Below, one piece after another: positions 10,265-19,054 of a DNA stretch of 64,000 bases (the first letter of the stretch is position 1; the number at the start of each line of letters is the position of its first letter). A program made the translations under genes and the position numbers. The DNA comes from Candidatus Liptonbacteria bacterium. GTDB taxonomy: Bacteria > Patescibacteriota > Minisyncoccia > UBA6257 > 2-01-FULL-56-20. The DNA lies in assembly GCA_016182105.1 (NCBI GenBank), contig JACOXZ010000011.1, positions 1,218 to 65,217 on the forward strand. The letters are read 5' to 3'. Below the pieces are notes generated by a model that was not told the DNA's origin, did not search any database, and saw only the letters and a list, made by a program, of their open reading frames with translations.

Positions 10265-10310
10265 GGGGTTATCCACACGGCACACGTGGATAACCCCTTT
10301 TTCTTTTTTT
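10265..10310 (+). terminator. Intrinsic terminator
   Basis: GGGGTTATCCAC...GTGGATAACCCC stem followed by a long T tract. Confidence 0.8.
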
Positions 10311-10335
10311 AATTTTTGATTTTAAGAATTTTCAT

Positions 10336-10475
10336 ATACAGCAAATACAATTTCCGCGCGGCTATGAGTCCGAGCGGGCATGGTCTCCGACCGCGATCGG
10401 AGGAGCGCAGGACTCATCGCCAGCGAAGCCGCACGCTGGGCGGCTGAGCGGTAGCGGAAATTATATTTGCTATAT
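10336..10475. repeat. Multi-stem structured element, copy 1
   Basis: About 20 bp terminal stem with nested hairpins; homologous to 11882-12150 with compensatory changes. Confidence 0.75.
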
Positions 10476-10514
10476 TTAAGCAGATTTCGCATAATTTTAA
10501 ATATCTTTTATGAA

Positions 10515-10629
10515 TCCCGTTAGAAGCCGCGATCGCGTTGCAAATAAATTAAATATCAACCAAATGCGTAATCGTTACAATAAAATAAACCTGCAGACTT
10601 GCGCAAATCGCGATCTGCTTCTAACGGGA
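10515..10629. mobile_element. Family A inverted-repeat miniature element
   Basis: TCCCGTTAGAAGC...GCTTCTAACGGGA flanked by TGAA direct repeats within an ATGAA start. Confidence 0.88.
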
Positions 10630-11870
10630 TGAAATTTCTTTTGATTTTAGGGTCGATTTTAGTGGCGGGCGCGGGCCTCTTTTTTATATTCGGAACTTCC
10701 AAAAATTTAATCATCGAACCCAAGGAAAATCCGCAAGGTGATCTTAACCTGACGCTTCTCCGTGTTCCGGAGCCGCCGCTTCCGACCTCAACCCCGCCTT
10801 CACCGCCCACGGCCGTCGATATCACAAACCAGCCGCCGCTTCAAGACCCGCCCCGGGTAGTCAAGGGAATATATGCAACGAGCTGGTCAGCTGGGTCAGA
10901 AAATAAAATTAAATATTTACTTGACCTTATAGATAAAACCGAACTTAACGCTATCGTCATTGATATAAAAGATTATTCCGGCTACGTGGCCTACAGAACC
11001 GGCATTCCCGAAGTTAGAGCCGCAGGCGCCGAAGACCAGATTCGCATCGCAAAACCAAACGCCCTGCTCAAACGTCTTCACGACAAAAATATCTATGTGA
11101 TCGGCAGGATCTCGGTTTTCCAGGACCCGATCTTAGCCAAAGCCCATCCCGAGTGGGCACTCGTTTCTTCAAGCACTGGCAAGCTCTGGGAAGATCGGAA
11201 AGGGCTCCTCTGGATGGATCCGGCCGCAGAACCAGTCTGGGATTATAATTTGAAGATTGCTAGAGACGCCTTGACGCGGGGTTTTGACGAGATTAACTTC
11301 GACTATATTCGTTTTGCTTCTGACGGCGACCTTAAAAATATTAAATATCCGGTTTGGGACGAGAAATCTTTAAAAAGCACAGTGATTAAGAACTTCTTTT
11401 CCTATTTGCGGAAAAATCTTCCCCAAGCCAAGATCTCCGCTGATCTTTTTGGTCTTGCGACCGTGAATCAAGAGGGCTTAGGCATCGGTCAGATTATAGA
11501 AGATGCTTACGAGTATTTTGATTATGTTTCGCCTATGGTTTATCCTTCACATTATGCTCCGGGATTCAATAACTACAAAAATCCCGCCGAGCACCCTTAT
11601 GAAGTGATTCGTTATTCACTTGATGAGGCTCTTAGACGTTTAGAAAACTATTCAAGCTCCACAAATCTTGAGGTTGGTTTAAAATCCAAACTGCGGCCGT
11701 GGCTCCAGGATTTTAACCTCGGCGCGACTTATGGCCCGGAAATGGTGAGGCGTGAGATTCAAGCCGTGGAAGATTCTTTGAATAGCGCCTCGAGTTCCAA
11801 CGCTTTCGCCGGCTGGCTTCTTTGGGATCCAGCGAATGTCTATACGGCAGCGGCCCTTCAAAACCAATGA
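10629..11870 (+). CDS. Putative glycoside hydrolase (DUF4015-like TIM barrel), membrane anchored
   Basis: TELNAIVIDIKD, GFDEINFDYIRF, SPMVYPSHY, LRPWLQDF. Confidence 0.8.
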   Translation: MKFLLILGSILVAGAGLFFIFGTSKNLIIEPKENPQGDLNLTLLRVPEPPLPTSTPPSPPTAVDITNQPPLQDPPRVVKGIYATSWSAGSENKIKYLLDLIDKTELNAIVIDIKDYSGYVAYRTGIPEVRAAGAEDQIRIAKPNALLKRLHDKNIYVIGRISVFQDPILAKAHPEWALVSSSTGKLWEDRKGLLWMDPAAEPVWDYNLKIARDALTRGFDEINFDYIRFASDGDLKNIKYPVWDEKSLKSTVIKNFFSYLRKNLPQAKISADLFGLATVNQEGLGIGQIIEDAYEYFDYVSPMVYPSHYAPGFNNYKNPAEHPYEVIRYSLDEALRRLENYSSSTNLEVGLKSKLRPWLQDFNLGATYGPEMVRREIQAVEDSLNSASSSNAFAGWLLWDPANVYTAAALQNQ

Positions 11871-11881
11871 TAATGATAAAG

Positions 11882-12150
11882 AAAGCAAAGCAATTCTTTT
11901 TTTCCGCGGCTATTCGGCCGAAGCGGGCATGGCGCCCTGACTTTTGGCTTTCGGGAACCGGCGTCGCCTCTGCTCCAGCGGCAGAGTCGCGCCTGCATCT
12001 CGGCACTAAAATCCGCCTAAGGCGGAACCAAGCTTTTAGTGCCTCCGATAGCTTCCCGCAAACCAAAAGTCAGGGCGAGCGAGGCCGAATCGCCAACGAA
12101 AGTCCACGCTGGGGACTTGAGTGGTAGGAAAAAGGGAATTGCTTTGCTTT
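11882..12150. repeat. Multi-stem structured element, copy 2 (expanded)
   Basis: AAAGCAAAGCAATTC / GAATTGCTTTGCTTT termini; inner CGCCCTGACTTTTGG / CCAAAAGTCAGGGCG stem; ends at the scpA ATG. Confidence 0.78.
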
Positions 12151-12876
12151 ATGACCTATGAATTGAGTTTAGAAAAATATAGGGGGCCGCTTGATAAACT
12201 CCTCGAGCTTATTGAGGAGAGAAAGCTTGAAATTACCGAGATCAGCCTAGCCGAGGTAACTCAAGATTTTTTGAAGTATTTGAAGACTTTGAAGAGAGTT
12301 GAGGCTGCAATTTTAGCTGAATTTATCGCTGTTGCGAGCCGCCTGATCCTTATTAAATCCAGAACCCTTCTTCCTAATCTGGTGTTGACAGAAGAAGAGG
12401 AAAACGAAATAAAGGATCTCGAGGCTCGGCTTAGAATTTATAAGGAGTTAAAGCCGGCCATGAAAATCCTTGTCTTGATTTGGCAGAAGAAGAACGTCGC
12501 CTTTGGGAGACCCTATTTTTTGAGCTTGGGAAGCGGGGGCCTGGGAGCTACGAGCGAGTTTTTTTATCCCGGCAAGGAATTAAATTTAGCCGCCCTTTCC
12601 GTGAGTCTCCAAAAGATCTTTGAGACCTTGAAGAACCTAGAGTTTGAGACAGAAACCATCAAAGAGAAAATCGTTTCTGTGGAGGAAAAGATTAAAGAGC
12701 TCATAAGCCGCCTAGTTCGCGAGGTGGAGATCAGTTTCAAAAATTTATCTTCTTCCAAATCAGCAAAGGAGATCATTGCCGTCTTCTTGGCCATTCTTCA
12801 TTTGGCCAACGAGCGGCTGATCTCATTGGAGCAAGAAACCCATTTTTCTGATATACTGATAAAAAAAATAGGATGA
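12151..12876 (+). CDS. scpA: Segregation and condensation protein A
   Basis: GPLDKLLELIE, LILIKSRTLLP, FLAILHL; precedes scpB. Confidence 0.9.
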   Translation: MTYELSLEKYRGPLDKLLELIEERKLEITEISLAEVTQDFLKYLKTLKRVEAAILAEFIAVASRLILIKSRTLLPNLVLTEEEENEIKDLEARLRIYKELKPAMKILVLIWQKKNVAFGRPYFLSLGSGGLGATSEFFYPGKELNLAALSVSLQKIFETLKNLEFETETIKEKIVSVEEKIKELISRLVREVEISFKNLSSSKSAKEIIAVFLAILHLANERLISLEQETHFSDILIKKIG

Positions 12877-12877
12877 T

Positions 12878-12969
12878 GCAAATCTACAAAATCTATGCCA
12901 AGTATGCGAATTGCGAATCCGGAGTTTATTAGCAATTTGTAGATTGGCATTATATTTGCAAATTGGCAT
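12878..12969. repeat. Degenerate short-repeat array with inverted second half
   Basis: GCAAAT/ACAAAAT/GCGAAT units followed by ATTTGT/ATTGGC/ATTTGC units between scpA and scpB. Confidence 0.55.
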
Positions 12970-12972
12970 AAC

Positions 12973-13593
12973 ATGGAAAATGTAGAAGAAAATTTAGCGA
13001 GTTTGGAAGCCCTTCTTTTTATTCAAGGCGAACCGATTGCAAAAAAAAGAATTGGAAAGATTTTGAATCTTCCGCTTGAAGATCTCGAGAAAGTCTTAGG
13101 CGAACTAGAGAAGCGTCTTCACGAGGAGAGCCGCGGACTCTCTTTGGTACTGGACGCGGAAAAAGTCCAGCTTGTTACCAAGTCCAAATTCAGAAATCTT
13201 TTGGAGAGTTTTGCCAAAGAGGAGCTTAGCGAAGAGCTTACGCCGGCTAGCGTTGAAGCTCTCTCAATTATTTCTTATTTAGGACCGATCTCAAGAAGCC
13301 AGCTCGATTTTATTCGAGGTGTGAATTCTACCTTTATTCTAAGAAATCTTTTAATTAGGGGGCTCGTCGAGCGCACACCCCACCCTAAAAGTCCGAATAC
13401 CTATCTCTACAGCCCTAGTTTTCAGCTTCTGCGGCACTTGGGGTTAAAAAATAAAGAAGAACTCCCGGAATACGCAAAGTACCAGGAGCTTTTGAAGAAT
13501 TTCACCCCGTTACACCCAGAAAGCATGGGCTATAAAGATAAGTCGGGTCACGCAGGGGAGGGTGTAACGGGGTTTGGTAGCGATGGTGAGTAA
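12973..13593 (+). CDS. scpB: Segregation and condensation protein B
   Basis: LEALLF, ELTPASVEALSIISY, IRGVNS. Confidence 0.92.
   Translation: MENVEENLASLEALLFIQGEPIAKKRIGKILNLPLEDLEKVLGELEKRLHEESRGLSLVLDAEKVQLVTKSKFRNLLESFAKEELSEELTPASVEALSIISYLGPISRSQLDFIRGVNSTFILRNLLIRGLVERTPHPKSPNTYLYSPSFQLLRHLGLKNKEELPEYAKYQELLKNFTPLHPESMGYKDKSGHAGEGVTGFGSDGE
13504..13573. mobile_element. Inverted-repeat element inside the scpB 3' end
   Basis: Perfect 14 bp TIR ACCCCGTTACACCC / GGGTGTAACGGGGT. Confidence 0.75.
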
Positions 13594-14542
13594 CCTTGAA
13601 AAATTCGTCTTTTTGGGCGTGATGATTTTGGTGACCCTTTTTGGAAGTCGTCATTCGCCAGTGATAAATACACCCCCTGCTTCTATCCTTAGTTATCAAG
13701 AAGGGCCTCAAGTTGCCGAAGTTCCGAGAACCTTAGGCGAGGGGTCCTCTATCTCCGATCTTCCGCGGGTCAAAAACCCGCCGTTTTATCGCGTCGCAGT
13801 GAGCCAGCCGTCAAAGATTCTCTCTGACGCCGCGCTTCTTTCTGACCTTAAAAGCGGAGAAATTTATTTCGACCTTAATTCATTGAAGCGCTGGCCGATT
13901 GCTTCGCTTACTAAACTTATGACCGCGGCAGTGAGTTCTGAAAATCTGAATCCCCAAGCAGTGATTACTTTGACCGGAGCCGATTTTGCAATATCTCCAA
14001 ACCATGGGAATCTTCTGAAAGTCGGCGACCGCTACACCGTCCAAGACCTTATGAAAATAATGATTATTTCTTCCTCGAACGAGGCAGCCGAAGCTTTGGC
14101 TGGATTTTATGGTCGGGTTAATTTCGTTTCTCAAATGAATAGTGAGGCGAGGAAGTGGGGCATGACCCAGACCTATTTCAATGATCCGACCGGACTTTCG
14201 GTTTCAAACCAGTCAACTATCCGCGATATCCAAAAGTTAGTCGAGCGGATTTACGAGAATTTTCCGGATATTTTTCCCCTGACTCGGAATCGAACTATTC
14301 CTGTTAAGGAACTCAACTCTGGAAATTATAGGCTCACTTCAAGCACCAATAACTTTTCCGGCCGGCCGGATTTCTTAGGAGGCAAAACCGGCTATACTGA
14401 CGAGGCTAACGGTAATCTTGTTTCGCTTTTTTCTTACGCTAGCCGGCCGATTTTAGTCGTAGTCCTCGGCTCTCCTGACCGCTTCCTCGAGACCGAAAAA
14501 TTAATCAATTGGTTTAAAAATGATTTTACTCCAAGTCAGTAG
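13583..14542 (+). CDS. D-alanyl-D-alanine carboxypeptidase (peptidase S11)
   Basis: PIASLTKLMT (SxxK), SSN and GGKTGYT motifs. Confidence 0.88.
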   Translation: MVSNLEKFVFLGVMILVTLFGSRHSPVINTPPASILSYQEGPQVAEVPRTLGEGSSISDLPRVKNPPFYRVAVSQPSKILSDAALLSDLKSGEIYFDLNSLKRWPIASLTKLMTAAVSSENLNPQAVITLTGADFAISPNHGNLLKVGDRYTVQDLMKIMIISSSNEAAEALAGFYGRVNFVSQMNSEARKWGMTQTYFNDPTGLSVSNQSTIRDIQKLVERIYENFPDIFPLTRNRTIPVKELNSGNYRLTSSTNNFSGRPDFLGGKTGYTDEANGNLVSLFSYASRPILVVVLGSPDRFLETEKLINWFKNDFTPSQ

Positions 14543-15566
14543 GGTTCTTCTTTTAACAATGATCGGTTTTCTCATGGCCTTGGCAGTGACCCCGATTTGG
14601 TATCGGTTTTTACAGAAATACAGGCTATCCAAACAAATCCGCACTGCGAAAGTTGCCCCGGTTTACAATCAATTTCACGAGAAAAAAACCGGCACGCCCA
14701 CAGCCGGAGGAGTCATTATCTGGGGGACGGTGGTTGGCATCGCCGCGGTCTTCGGGATTTTGGGCTTCGCTTTTAACGGGTTTTGGAAGTATTTGAACTT
14801 TTTGAGCCGAGCCGAGACCTACCTCCCACTGGCTGCCATTTTAATTGCCGGGATTCTAGGGTTTTTGGATGATTGGCTGGGGATTTTGAAGATCGGCGGC
14901 GGAAACGGCGGCGGGCTCAAGGTTCGCTATAAACTCCTGGTCTATCTCTTGATTGCCATAATTGGCGCTTGGTGGTTTTACTTTAAGCTTGATTGGACGG
15001 TTTTGAATATCCCTTTCTACGGCTCGGTTGAGGTCGGCTTTTGGTATATTCCGATTTTTATGTTCATCATTATTGCGAGCGCTTTCTCGGCTAATGAAAC
15101 CGACGGCTTGGACGGGCTTTTAGGAGGAGTGGCTCTTTTTGCTTTCGTGGCATTGACCACGGTGGCATTTGTTTTAGGGAGGTATGACTTAGCGGCCTTT
15201 GGAGGGGTCGTGATAGGAGCGCTTTTGGCGTTCTTATGGTTCAATATCTATCCTGCCAAATTCTTTATGGGCGACACTGGCTCAATGGCTTTGGGAATTA
15301 CTTTGGGCGTGATCGTGATGCTCACAAATACAACCCTACTTCTCCCGTTTTTCGCGATTATCTTAGTCCTTGAATCTTTGTCGGTCTTGATTCAGCTTCT
15401 AAGCAAAAAATTGGCAGGTAAGAAGGTCTTCTTATCCACGCCGATTCACCACCATTTTGAGGCCCTGGGCTGGCACGAGTCGCAGGTTACGATGCGCTTC
15501 TGGATTATCTCCGCGGTCTCCGCGGCCTTTGGACTCGTCGTCTTTTTCCTCACGAGGTTTTTGTAA
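14520..15566 (+). CDS. mraY: Phospho-N-acetylmuramoyl-pentapeptide transferase
   Basis: KTGTPTAGG, NETDGLDGL, PAKFFMGDTGS, PIHHHFE. Confidence 0.95.
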   Translation: MILLQVSRVLLLTMIGFLMALAVTPIWYRFLQKYRLSKQIRTAKVAPVYNQFHEKKTGTPTAGGVIIWGTVVGIAAVFGILGFAFNGFWKYLNFLSRAETYLPLAAILIAGILGFLDDWLGILKIGGGNGGGLKVRYKLLVYLLIAIIGAWWFYFKLDWTVLNIPFYGSVEVGFWYIPIFMFIIIASAFSANETDGLDGLLGGVALFAFVALTTVAFVLGRYDLAAFGGVVIGALLAFLWFNIYPAKFFMGDTGSMALGITLGVIVMLTNTTLLLPFFAIILVLESLSVLIQLLSKKLAGKKVFLSTPIHHHFEALGWHESQVTMRFWIISAVSAAFGLVVFFLTRFL

Positions 15567-15641
15567 GCATTTAAAATTCTATGAGTTTTTCGTTAAGCTT
15601 ACGTTTTGCTAGACTTTGGTTTTCTTGGTATTCTCTGGTTA

Positions 15642-16886
15642 ATGCTTCAATCTAGACTTTTTACTAAGGTCGCCCGTAACTTCCCAAAAGATGAAGAGGC
15701 GATAAACGCCAAGCTTCTTACGCGGGCGGGGTTTGTGGAGAAAGTTTCGGCGGGTGTATATTCGTTTTTGCCGCTCGGACTTCGCGTGATGCGTAAGATT
15801 GAAACAATTATTCGCGAGGAGATGAACGCGCTAGGTGGAATGGAGATCTTGATGCCCGCGTTGCATCCTAAAGAAAACTGGGAGACGACTGGCCGCTGGA
15901 AGACTTTTGACGTGCTCTATAAAATCAAATCGCGGGAAGGCAAAGAATTTGCCTTGGGTCCGACACACGAAGAAATCGTGGTGCCGCTAGTGGCGAAATT
16001 CGTGAATTCCTACAAAGATTTACCTGTTTATCTTTACCAAATACAGGACAAATTCCGAGATGAACTGCGCGCGAAATCAGGCCTTCTCCGAGGTCGGGAA
16101 TTCTTGATGAAGGACTTATACAGTTTTCATACCTCCGAAGGCGATTTAGACTCTTTTTATGAAAAAATGAAAAAAGTTTATACGAAATTATTTTCCCGAG
16201 CCGGACTAAAAACTAGAATAGTGAAGTCATCCGGCGGCACTTTTTCCAAATATTCTCATGAATTCCAGGTATTGACCCCAGTCGGCGAGGATGCGGTTTT
16301 CTACTGCGAAAAGTGCGATTTTGCCGAAAACAAAGAGATTGCAGAGGTAAAAGAAGGGGACAAATGCCCAAATTGTGCGGGGAAAATAAGGGTAAGCCAG
16401 GGAATTGAGGTCGGCAATATCTTCAAATTAGGCACCAAGTTTTCCAAGGATTTTGAGCTTCTCTATAAAGACGAGAAAGGCAAGGAGAATCATATCTCAA
16501 TCGGCTGTTACGGCATAGGCCTTAGCCGGCTTATGGGCGCCATAGTAGAGATTTTTCATGATGAGCAGGGCATAATTTGGCCGGAGACAGTCGCCCCTTT
16601 TGCTGCGCATCTTATAGAGCTTGGGGAAGGCAAATCCAAAAAGCTCTACCACGATTTACAAAAAGCCGGAATAGATGTACTTTATGACGACAGGAATATA
16701 TCACATGGCGAGAAACTGACAGAAGCGGATCTGATTGGCATACCCCTACGTCTGGTTCAGAGCGAAAAAACCGGCGCGAAGATTGAGGTCAAGCGCCGCG
16801 ACGAGAAAGATTCAAAACTGATGACAGTGTCACAAGTTATAAAATTACTACAACCTACAACCTACAACCTACAAACTATAACCTAA
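15642..16886 (+). CDS. proS: Proline--tRNA ligase (short form)
   Basis: LGPTHEE, FRDELRAKSGLLRGREFLMKDLYSF, IEVGNIFKLGTK, GCYGIG. Confidence 0.93.
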   Translation: MLQSRLFTKVARNFPKDEEAINAKLLTRAGFVEKVSAGVYSFLPLGLRVMRKIETIIREEMNALGGMEILMPALHPKENWETTGRWKTFDVLYKIKSREGKEFALGPTHEEIVVPLVAKFVNSYKDLPVYLYQIQDKFRDELRAKSGLLRGREFLMKDLYSFHTSEGDLDSFYEKMKKVYTKLFSRAGLKTRIVKSSGGTFSKYSHEFQVLTPVGEDAVFYCEKCDFAENKEIAEVKEGDKCPNCAGKIRVSQGIEVGNIFKLGTKFSKDFELLYKDEKGKENHISIGCYGIGLSRLMGAIVEIFHDEQGIIWPETVAPFAAHLIELGEGKSKKLYHDLQKAGIDVLYDDRNISHGEKLTEADLIGIPLRLVQSEKTGAKIEVKRRDEKDSKLMTVSQVIKLLQPTTYNLQTIT

Positions 16887-16888
16887 TC

Positions 16889-17932
16889 ATGTCCCTCTTT
16901 GATAATTTTTTTAGAGACATCGGCATTGACCTTGGCACGGCTAATTCGCTCATATATCTCAAAAATCACGGCATTGTCGTGAATGAGCCTTCGGTTGCAG
17001 CCGTGAATACCAAAACCAGTCAGATTTTGTCGGTCGGCGAGGAGGCCAAGAAAATGTTTGGCCGCACGCCGGCTCACATAAACGTGATCCGGCCACTTGT
17101 GGCTGGCGTGATCTCGGATTTCGAGATGACCCAGGAATTGCTCCGCCAGTTTTTAAAAAGAGTGAGCCGTGGAACTTTTGCGAGCTTCAGGCGCGGGGTG
17201 CTTGCGATTCCGAATAGCTTGACCGAAGTCGAACGAAAGTCAGTCGAAGACGTGGCCTTGAATGCCGGCTGCAGCAAAGCCTACCTTGTGGAGTCACCGG
17301 TTGTGGCGGCCTTGGGAGCTGGGTTGCCAATCAACCTTCCGGTCGCGAGCCTCATTGTTGATGTTGGCGGCGGAACCACTGATATTGCGGTCATATCCCT
17401 GGGCGGGGCAGTAGCTTCTAAGACCCTGAAAATTGCCGGCGACCGGATGAATGACGATATTGTACGTTTCGTAAAAGATGAATTTCGGCTGGTAATCGGC
17501 GAGCCCACAGCCGAGCTTGCGAAGATAACGGCGGGCTCGGCAGCGCCGATTGATGAGCGGCTCGAGGTGACTTTACGCGGCCGGGATGCGGGAACCGGCC
17601 TACCCCGCGAGGTGGCGATCAAAAGCAATCAGGTTCGAACCGCCATCTCCAAATCCCTGCGCTCGATTATTGATTCCGTAAAAGAAGTGATTGAAGTCGC
17701 GCCGCCTGAACTTGTGGGCGATATGTTAAAGCAGGGGATTTATCTCTGCGGCGGCGGCGCGCTCCTCCGAGGTTTTGACGAACTTATTGAAAAAGAGACA
17801 TCGGTCATGACAACCATCGCGGAGGACCCCCTCACATGCGTCGCTCGCGGCTTGGGCCAGATTATCGATAATTTTGAACTTCACCGAACTTTACTCGACA
17901 ACCCTTTGAAGCCGCCGACAATTAATCTATAA
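16889..17932 (+). CDS. mreB: Rod shape-determining protein MreB
   Basis: IGIDLGTAN, VDVGGGTTD, GGGALLRG. Confidence 0.95.
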   Translation: MSLFDNFFRDIGIDLGTANSLIYLKNHGIVVNEPSVAAVNTKTSQILSVGEEAKKMFGRTPAHINVIRPLVAGVISDFEMTQELLRQFLKRVSRGTFASFRRGVLAIPNSLTEVERKSVEDVALNAGCSKAYLVESPVVAALGAGLPINLPVASLIVDVGGGTTDIAVISLGGAVASKTLKIAGDRMNDDIVRFVKDEFRLVIGEPTAELAKITAGSAAPIDERLEVTLRGRDAGTGLPREVAIKSNQVRTAISKSLRSIIDSVKEVIEVAPPELVGDMLKQGIYLCGGGALLRGFDELIEKETSVMTTIAEDPLTCVARGLGQIIDNFELHRTLLDNPLKPPTINL

Positions 17933-17934
17933 AA

Positions 17935-18618
17935 ATGGGCCGCGAACGCTGGCTTTTGGGAATTTTGACTTTGCTTCTTGCGGCACTGATTTTTCTGCCG
18001 CTGCCTTCACTTCTCGAGTTTAAGAAATTTTTAGGCTCTGGAGGCGAAGAGGTTATAAATAATCCGATTTTAGAGAACGTCGCTTTGAAATCGGAACTCG
18101 CGAAGCTCGAGGAAATTAAAAGACAGCTTGGAGAATGGTCGCCAAAATACCTAAGCGCCTCGGTTTATTCCCGTTATCCCTTTAATCTCAAAAATGAATT
18201 TTTGGTGAATGCGGGCCTAGACCAGGGTCTTAAAGGGGGGGAGGCGGTTCTCATTGGGAAATTGCTAGTCGGTCAAGTGGATAAAGTTTTTGAAAATACA
18301 GCACTCGTGAGGACTGTTTTTGACGAACGATGGAAAGAGGCTGTGAGGATCGGAGGGGAAGGGATAGACGCGCTTCTCGAAGGCGGTAATACCCCAAAGG
18401 CGACTTTGATCGTGAAGGATGCCAAAATCTCCGAAGGCGATATCGTCTATAACGCAAGCCCGGAATTTCCTTATTCTCTGCCGATTGCCGAAGTAAAAGA
18501 AATAGGGATTTCCAAGGACCAGATTTTTAAAGAAGCGGTTTTGGAGTTTGGATATGACTTGGGCAGGATTAGCGCCGTTTTAATCTTAAAAAACTATGCC
18601 CCGCCGCCTCAAGAGTAA
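17935..18618 (+). CDS. mreC: Rod shape-determining protein MreC
   Basis: N-terminal TM, coiled coil, beta domain (VNAGLDQG...LVGQV); follows mreB. Confidence 0.8.
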   Translation: MGRERWLLGILTLLLAALIFLPLPSLLEFKKFLGSGGEEVINNPILENVALKSELAKLEEIKRQLGEWSPKYLSASVYSRYPFNLKNEFLVNAGLDQGLKGGEAVLIGKLLVGQVDKVFENTALVRTVFDERWKEAVRIGGEGIDALLEGGNTPKATLIVKDAKISEGDIVYNASPEFPYSLPIAEVKEIGISKDQIFKEAVLEFGYDLGRISAVLILKNYAPPPQE

Positions 18619-19054
18619 TTTTCTTGTCGCATTTCTTATCGTTTCTTTTGCAGTAGTCCTTCAGCTGAAGATAGGCTTAATTTCAAGTTTGTATCCGAAT
18701 TTCACTTTGGCTGCTTTAATTGCCTCGGCCCTTTTTCTTGATTTCTCCGAACTGGGCTTTTTAGTTTTTTTTAGCGCCCTCATCTTAAACTGGCGGCCGG
18801 GTTTAAGTCCAGAGATTATGGTTTTAATCAGCCTGCCAATCACAGTTTCTGTTCTTAGAAGATTTTTGCCGGCCCAAGCGTGGATGAACCTCGTTCTTGC
18901 CCTCGTCCTCGGTCTCTTGGTTTTTTATTCCGCAGCCGGCTTTCAGAGTTTGGTCAAAAACTTTAATATTTTCTTAATAGACCTTACTATAAGCACGGTC
19001 GTTGCTGTCCCAACTTTTCTTATCCTTAAAACCCTCAATGCCTCGAAAATATAA
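18596..19054 (+). CDS. Membrane protein, probable divergent MreD
   Basis: About 5 TM segments; lies between mreC and PBP2. Confidence 0.6.
   Translation: MPRRLKSNFLVAFLIVSFAVVLQLKIGLISSLYPNFTLAALIASALFLDFSELGFLVFFSALILNWRPGLSPEIMVLISLPITVSVLRRFLPAQAWMNLVLALVLGLLVFYSAAGFQSLVKNFNIFLIDLTISTVVAVPTFLILKTLNASKI

Noticed and set aside
9238-10278. 346 aa antisense ORF opposite the 9316 gene
   Set aside because: Expected shadow of extreme GC3 bias; promoter, RBS and terminator all support the plus strand.
10269-10293. DnaA-box-like TTATCCACA and an inverted near-copy (another at about 35300)
   Set aside because: Isolated boxes inside a terminator stem or an element; no box cluster or dnaA, so not called oriC.
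11822-12127. 101 aa ORF (and opposite-strand ORFs) over the structured element
   Set aside because: Low-complexity translation of a GC-rich palindrome; no protein features.
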